IMG/VR virus record: IMGVR_UViG_3300002092_000140
Span: 1-29,880 of that record
DNA: 29,880 bases
Strand: one strand, 5' to 3'
Source of the DNA: a virus
Lineage: Duplodnaviria; Caudoviricetes
The translations under genes were made by a program, and so were the position numbers. The notes beneath the pieces are model-generated. The model was not told the DNA's origin, did not search any database, and saw only the letters and a list, made by a program, of their open reading frames with translations. Shown piece by piece: positions 24,932 through 29,880 of the stretch; the first letter of the stretch is position 1; each line of letters opens with the position of its first letter.

Positions 24932-25062
24932 TGAGCAAAACTCAACACAATGGATTGTTAAGGCGCTGTAGAAAGTGCCATGAGTTTTTTGAAAGAGATA
25001 AAAGGGAACACGAGGAATTATGCGAATTGTGCAGATTAAAAGCTGATAAAAAAGGAAAATGA
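24931..25062 (+). CDS. 43-aa CxxC-x14-CxxC zinc-finger peptide
   Basis: TAATG coupling; MSKTQHNGLLRRCRKCHEFFERDKREHEELCELCRLKADKKGK. Confidence 0.6.
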   Translation: MSKTQHNGLLRRCRKCHEFFERDKREHEELCELCRLKADKKGK

Positions 25063-25063
25063 C

Positions 25064-25237
25064 ATGGATTTAAGTTTTTTACATTTAGATAACATTTTTG
25101 GATTGATATTAACGGCTGGCGCTGTGTACGGTGCTATACGTCAAGATTTGAAAAATATCCACGAAAAAATACAAGATGCTAAAGATTCTAGCGATGAAGC
25201 ACATCGCCGTATTGATGCTATCTTAATGCAAAAATAA
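25064..25237 (+). CDS. 57-aa membrane / coiled-coil protein, possibly holin-related
   Basis: AAAGGA RBS; hydrophobic IFGLILTAGAVYGAI then a coiled coil ending AHRRID; TAATG coupling. Confidence 0.65.
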   Translation: MDLSFLHLDNIFGLILTAGAVYGAIRQDLKNIHEKIQDAKDSSDEAHRRIDAILMQK

Positions 25238-25575
25238 TGCCATTAAACACTTTATTTGAAATTCCTTTTGACAATGATAATGAGTGGAAAGCATGGATGC
25301 TTGACCATTCATTGCAACATGATACGATTTACCTCAAAATGGCATCATTAGGTAAGCCATTTATAAAGTTTCCGCTAACGGATTCAAAAGACCCTAATGA
25401 TAAAGATTGGATGAATAACCATCAATTTGAGCATGAAGCAATTTATACTTTATTGGGGTTGGTTGGTATGCCAGATTTGTCTAGTTCAGATTTGGATGAC
25501 AAACAACAATGGCAAGATTGGCAACAAACGCATCAAGACGTACATACTTACATTAACAATGTGTTAGGAATTTAA
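25237..25575 (+). CDS. acidic protein with three W-x3-H-x3-H repeats
   Basis: WMLDHSLQH, WMNNHQFEH, WQQTHQDVH. Confidence 0.78.
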   Translation: MPLNTLFEIPFDNDNEWKAWMLDHSLQHDTIYLKMASLGKPFIKFPLTDSKDPNDKDWMNNHQFEHEAIYTLLGLVGMPDLSSSDLDDKQQWQDWQQTHQDVHTYINNVLGI

Positions 25576-25576
25576 A

Positions 25577-25906
25577 ATGGCGCAAATTAATCCAAAATCA
25601 GAGCAAATGGTCAATCACATTAAACAAGTGATGGGTAAAGTGCCTTTGCCACAACTAGAACAGTTTTATCAAATGGCGGTTCAATGTTTGCAAAACCCAC
25701 AAAGTTATCCACAGCTTTTGCAACAAGTGATGCAGACCGGCAAAGTAAAACAAGGTGAATTGCCGCCACAATATGATGAAAAAGTTGTCAAAGCATTGGC
25801 GGTTTCTTTACAAATTGCTATTGCACAAAAACGTGCAGAAGGTGGACAGCAACCACAAGGGCAACCGCAAGGCGCACAGCCATTGCAAATGCCAAAAAGC
25901 ATTTAG
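25577..25906 (+). CDS. Gln-rich hypothetical protein
   Basis: AGGA RBS; 109 aa. Confidence 0.72.
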   Translation: MAQINPKSEQMVNHIKQVMGKVPLPQLEQFYQMAVQCLQNPQSYPQLLQQVMQTGKVKQGELPPQYDEKVVKALAVSLQIAIAQKRAEGGQQPQGQPQGAQPLQMPKSI

Positions 25907-25927
25907 TAGTATTTGAAAGGGAAAAAA

Positions 25928-26389
25928 ATGAGTGAGATTACGTATCAGCGCGAATACTGCGATGATGTAGATGAAAGTTGGCTGGAATTGTTTAATGCGC
26001 ATTATCAAGAGATAGCGTGGAAGCAAGACAAAATACCATTAAGACCAAACTTGAAAAAATACGCTTCAATGGAAGCAAATGGTTCAATGGTGTGTTATAC
26101 CGCCAGACAAGATGAACAAATTATTGGTTATGCGGTGTGGTTTATTACTGAACACCCACATTACCAAGATACAAAAATGGCAATGAATGACATTATTTAT
26201 ATTGCTAAAGATAAAAGAGGCTCAATGGTGGGCATTAAACTCCTTGAGTATTCTGAACAGAAATTAAAGGGCTTGGGCGTACAGACCATTGGTTTGCACA
26301 TTAAAAAAGTTTTTGACTGGGGTAGAGTAGCCGAACGAATTGGTTATGAGTGCGTTGAAAGCACTTACCAAAAATGGGTAGGCGATTAG
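25928..26389 (+). CDS. GNAT-family acetyltransferase
   Basis: IIGYAVW, DIIYIAKDKRGSMVGIKLL (motif A), ERIGYE; GAAAGGG RBS supports ATG at 25928. Confidence 0.87.
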   Translation: MSEITYQREYCDDVDESWLELFNAHYQEIAWKQDKIPLRPNLKKYASMEANGSMVCYTARQDEQIIGYAVWFITEHPHYQDTKMAMNDIIYIAKDKRGSMVGIKLLEYSEQKLKGLGVQTIGLHIKKVFDWGRVAERIGYECVESTYQKWVGD

Positions 26390-26398
26390 GAGGTTATC

Positions 26399-27862
26399 AT
26401 GGGTGTAAGTGCTGTAGTTGGTGCAGTCGTTGATGCGGTAGCAAGCGTAACCGTTGCAGATGTCATTACCGGTGCGGTTGTTGGCGGTGTATTGTCTGGC
26501 GTAACTGGCGGTAACATTTTGCAAGGCGCTCTAATGGGTGTTGCTGGTTCTTATATCGGGGCTGGATTAAGCGCAGGCGCAGGTCAACTAGGCGCAAACA
26601 TGACTGGTGCAGGTGGTGTACTTTCAAGTCAAGCCGCAGGAACAGGTATTAACCTTGCTAATGCTGGTACCGCAGGATTTGGCGCAACAGGCGTTGATTT
26701 AGCGGCGGCTGGGGCTGGTCCGGGAATTAATCTTGGATTTGGCGGTGCAGGTGCCGCAGGCGCTATGGGTGGTTCTGCCGCAACTGGTTTGGGTAACATT
26801 GCTTACGGTGCTGGCGCTCCTGCTGGTGCTGGTGCCATTTCAACTCCGGGTATTGATGCAATAACTGGTGCTGGCGCGGCAGGTGGCGCAACAACTCCTG
26901 CATTAAATATGCCTAATTCAATTTCTGGTATGTCATCTACGCCTAACGTAACTGGCTCTACTGGTGGTGCAACAGGGGGTCCAGCCGCTTCTGGTGCCGC
27001 CGCACCTACTTCTGTATCTGCACTTCCTATGGGCGATACAAGTGGCGCAGGAATTAACTTCAATCCTACACAACCTACGGGTGGGGGTGGTTTTGGTGGT
27101 GGCGCAACAGGTGATACAACTGCAACCATGACTTCTAATGCTCCAATTGATGCTGGTGCTACTGGCTCAAGCGCACAAGGTTCTGGGGTTCAATTAGGCG
27201 GTGGCACTCAAGGTGCCGGTTCAAACGTATTTAAAACACCAAATATTGATGCGGCGGCTGGTGGCTCTACAGGAAGCGGTGCTGGCGGCGGTGCAGGTGC
27301 TGGCTCAAGTGGCGCTGGCGGTGGATTTATTGACAAAGCTATTGCAGACGTTAAAAAATTGCCTTCAAGCATTTTGAACAATATATCTCAAAATCCATTG
27401 CCGATTGCTATGGCTGGATACAGTTTGTTAAACCAACCAAAATTACCTGCTGGATTAAATCAAGTTGGTGCTAATTCGGCTACGGCTTCTGCGGCTGGTA
27501 CTGAATTAATTAATGCGGCTAATGCAGGTACAGTAACGCCAGCGCAACAAGCCTCAATTAATGCTTGGACACAAAATGCTATTGCAACTGTTAAGCAATA
27601 TTATGCACAGCAAGGTTTGTCTGGCAGTTCAATGGAAGCATCTGCAATTAATAATGTGATGATGCAAGCGCAATCACAAACTCAAAACATTATTCAAGCA
27701 AACTACACACAAGGCATGGCATTGCTTGGTGCTTCTAATACTGGGAATGTTGCGGTAGCAAATGCAAACATTGCTCAAGATACTGCAACACAACAAATGT
27801 TGGCAAACTTGGCTAAAGCAGTCGGTTCATCTGCGGGTCAACAATCTAATCCACAAGGTTAA
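26399..27862 (+). CDS. putative internal virion (ejection) protein, Gly/Ala-rich
   Basis: AGGAGG RBS; hydrophobic GxxxG N-terminus, YAQQGLSGSSM motif; position after GNAT. Confidence 0.65.
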   Translation: MGVSAVVGAVVDAVASVTVADVITGAVVGGVLSGVTGGNILQGALMGVAGSYIGAGLSAGAGQLGANMTGAGGVLSSQAAGTGINLANAGTAGFGATGVDLAAAGAGPGINLGFGGAGAAGAMGGSAATGLGNIAYGAGAPAGAGAISTPGIDAITGAGAAGGATTPALNMPNSISGMSSTPNVTGSTGGATGGPAASGAAAPTSVSALPMGDTSGAGINFNPTQPTGGGGFGGGATGDTTATMTSNAPIDAGATGSSAQGSGVQLGGGTQGAGSNVFKTPNIDAAAGGSTGSGAGGGAGAGSSGAGGGFIDKAIADVKKLPSSILNNISQNPLPIAMAGYSLLNQPKLPAGLNQVGANSATASAAGTELINAANAGTVTPAQQASINAWTQNAIATVKQYYAQQGLSGSSMEASAINNVMMQAQSQTQNIIQANYTQGMALLGASNTGNVAVANANIAQDTATQQMLANLAKAVGSSAGQQSNPQG

Positions 27863-27885
27863 CCTGTGGCTTAAAGGAGTAAAGC

Positions 27886-29442
27886 ATGGCTGATTTAAAC
27901 GCACAACAACCAGATAATAAACCGCTTGATGTAAGTGCATTGGGCGGTATTAACATAGACCCAGCCAAAATGGGAAAATTTGGTTCTGACATCATGGGTG
28001 CTTTTGCCAATGCCAATAAACAACGTGCGGAAGCAAGAGCAGATTACCAAACAACAGTTGCTCCTTTGCAAGCGCAAGAAAAATCTGCGTTTAAAGAACA
28101 GCAGGATATTGGTGTTAAGCAGGAAACTGCCGCTAAAGAATACGCTGACTTGACCAAAGAAGAAGCAAATTGGATGGAAAAAAACTATCCAAAAAATGAA
28201 CCTTTGCCAGAATTTAAACCAGAAAAAATTAACCAACAAGAATTAAATGGTGTGGCTTCAATGGTCATGGCTTTTGCTGTACTAGGTGGCAGGCACTCAT
28301 TAAACAAAGGTGCGGCTATGGGTAACGCACTTGCTGGCGCTATTGATGGCTACACTAAAGGCAATCAAATTAAATTTGAAATGCAATATAAAGCGTTTAA
28401 AACAAACTTTGATAGTTTGGTTCGTACTCGCGAGGAAGAATTAAAGCGCTATGAAAACTTGCTTAATTCTAAAGAAAAAGGGATTCAGTCTAAAAAAGCT
28501 GAATTAGAAATTTTAGCGATGGCGCATGGTAACGCTAAAGACAGACAAGCCTTTGCAACTAAATCTATTGAGCAAGCCCATAAATATCTTGAAGATAATT
28601 TCAAAGAGATTGAGTCTCATTCTGACAAAATTATTAAAGGCGTTGAATTTATGCAACGTGAAGAAGATAAACTTATTGCTCACCGTGATTCAATGGAAAT
28701 GAAAAAATTAATGCTTTCATTGCAAAGTCAAAAAACCGGCGGCGGTGAGGCTGGCGCTAGAGCATTTATTCGTGACACTACAGGAAAAAATATTACTGAC
28801 GATAAAGAAGCGCAAGCAATTCAACAAGGGGTGCTTGGCTTAACTTCTACAGACAGATTGTTAAATAAATTAAAAGACCCAGAAATTCGTACTGGTATGC
28901 CATTAATTTTAACTAAATATCAAGAGATGTTACGTGATTCTAATTTAGACCCTAACGCTGAGTTAAGTGATGCACAAGTAAACGATTTGATTAACAAAGC
29001 TGGTTCAGCCGCAGTTAATGACCCTCAAGGCAGAAAAATTGGTAAAAACATTGTAATTCTCAAAGAGGCTTTGTTTACTGCGTATCAAGCTGAAAGAGCC
29101 GCAGGTGGTAACAAACTTACAGTTCAAATGATGCGTCAAGCGGGTCCGGCATTAGACCCTAAAAACTATCAAAAAGAGGATTACATATCTATTTTGGGTG
29201 GCAGAAGGACTGATATTGTTAATCTATTGCATGGATTTAACATGAATAATGATGACATTAGAAGTATGAGTGACCAAATTACTCAAGAAAAACCGTTTGC
29301 ATCAACCAATACTACCGTATTGCCTGCTGGTATTCCGCCAGGCGCTACAAAAATAGGAACAAGCAAGCCAGATAAAAATGGAAAAGTTCATGATGTATAT
29401 CAATTAAATGGCGTAAATTATATTCCAGACGAGGAAAAATAA
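27886..29442 (+). CDS. putative internal virion (ejection) protein, coiled-coil
   Basis: AAGGAG RBS; 518 aa helical; position. Confidence 0.65.
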   Translation: MADLNAQQPDNKPLDVSALGGINIDPAKMGKFGSDIMGAFANANKQRAEARADYQTTVAPLQAQEKSAFKEQQDIGVKQETAAKEYADLTKEEANWMEKNYPKNEPLPEFKPEKINQQELNGVASMVMAFAVLGGRHSLNKGAAMGNALAGAIDGYTKGNQIKFEMQYKAFKTNFDSLVRTREEELKRYENLLNSKEKGIQSKKAELEILAMAHGNAKDRQAFATKSIEQAHKYLEDNFKEIESHSDKIIKGVEFMQREEDKLIAHRDSMEMKKLMLSLQSQKTGGGEAGARAFIRDTTGKNITDDKEAQAIQQGVLGLTSTDRLLNKLKDPEIRTGMPLILTKYQEMLRDSNLDPNAELSDAQVNDLINKAGSAAVNDPQGRKIGKNIVILKEALFTAYQAERAAGGNKLTVQMMRQAGPALDPKNYQKEDYISILGGRRTDIVNLLHGFNMNNDDIRSMSDQITQEKPFASTNTTVLPAGIPPGATKIGTSKPDKNGKVHDVYQLNGVNYIPDEEK

Positions 29443-29880
29443 TGGCTGAATATAAAGGTGAAGTAATACTTAATAGCAACGAACCTTCCGGTCAATACGT
29501 GCCGTATCATGGCGAAGTTGATTATTCTAAGATTGGTACGCCTGCTGAAAAATCACAAATTGCTAGTGAGCAAGATACACGCTCATTGGCTGACAAGATT
29601 GTTAGCGCAGGATTAAAAGGTGCGGCATTTACAGTTGGAGCAGAAGGAGCGCTTGCAAAACTGGCTCCTGTAGGCAATGCTTTACGTGTTGGCGGTGAAT
29701 TATCTACATATTCTGCGGGGCAAACTGCAAAAACTGCATTGGGTGGCGCTGGAATTGGCGTGACAGACGAAGCTGTACATCAAGCATTAGATGCGCTTGT
29801 GCCAGATTGGTCACCTACCGCTAAAGAAGCTACCGCATTTGGTACTGTAATGCTTGGGGCTGGCGCTGTTCCTGCCGCCG
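29442..29880 (+). CDS. putative internal virion protein, 3' truncated by window edge
   Basis: TAATG coupling and GAGGA RBS; MAEYKGEVILNSNEPSGQ... continues towards the edge. Confidence 0.65.
   Translation, partial: MAEYKGEVILNSNEPSGQYVPYHGEVDYSKIGTPAEKSQIASEQDTRSLADKIVSAGLKGAAFTVGAEGALAKLAPVGNALRVGGELSTYSAGQTAKTALGGAGIGVTDEAVHQALDALVPDWSPTAKEATAFGTVMLGAGAVPAA

Noticed and set aside
9482-28239. Minus-strand and nested ORFs inside late genes (for example 19672-19860, 24271-24591, 26803-27129, 27895-28239)
   Set aside because: They are shadows of Gly/Ala/Thr-rich or biased plus-strand genes and lack RBSs or motifs.

Overview
The window is about 30 kb of a tailed dsDNA phage genome, with podovirus-like (P22/T7-style) virion gene order. 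I saw no host genes, integrase, tRNA or CRISPR array. 1-3910 (minus): accessory genes, including a family of small mosaic genes built from near-identical DNA boxes around unrelated variable segments, a pentapeptide-repeat gene, a VRR-NUC nuclease, and a ~450 bp non-coding stretch (2740-3200) that appears to hold a pseudoknotted terminator RNA and a multi-helix RNA. 4017-6366 (plus): HTH protein, SSB-like protein, Cas4/RecB-like nuclease. 6512-8607 (minus): a sigma70-driven early-type operon with a truncated beta-clamp homologue, a very acidic 56-aa protein and tiny membrane peptides. 8713-9240: non-coding, repeat-rich control region. 9243-29880 (plus): wHTH, large terminase, portal, basic micropeptides, putative scaffold, major capsid, adaptor, nozzle, tail fibre, GNAT and ejection proteins. 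The best candidates for undescribed systems are the box-and-cassette gene family and the structured RNA locus directly upstream of it. All structures and homologies were read by eye; nothing was computed or searched.
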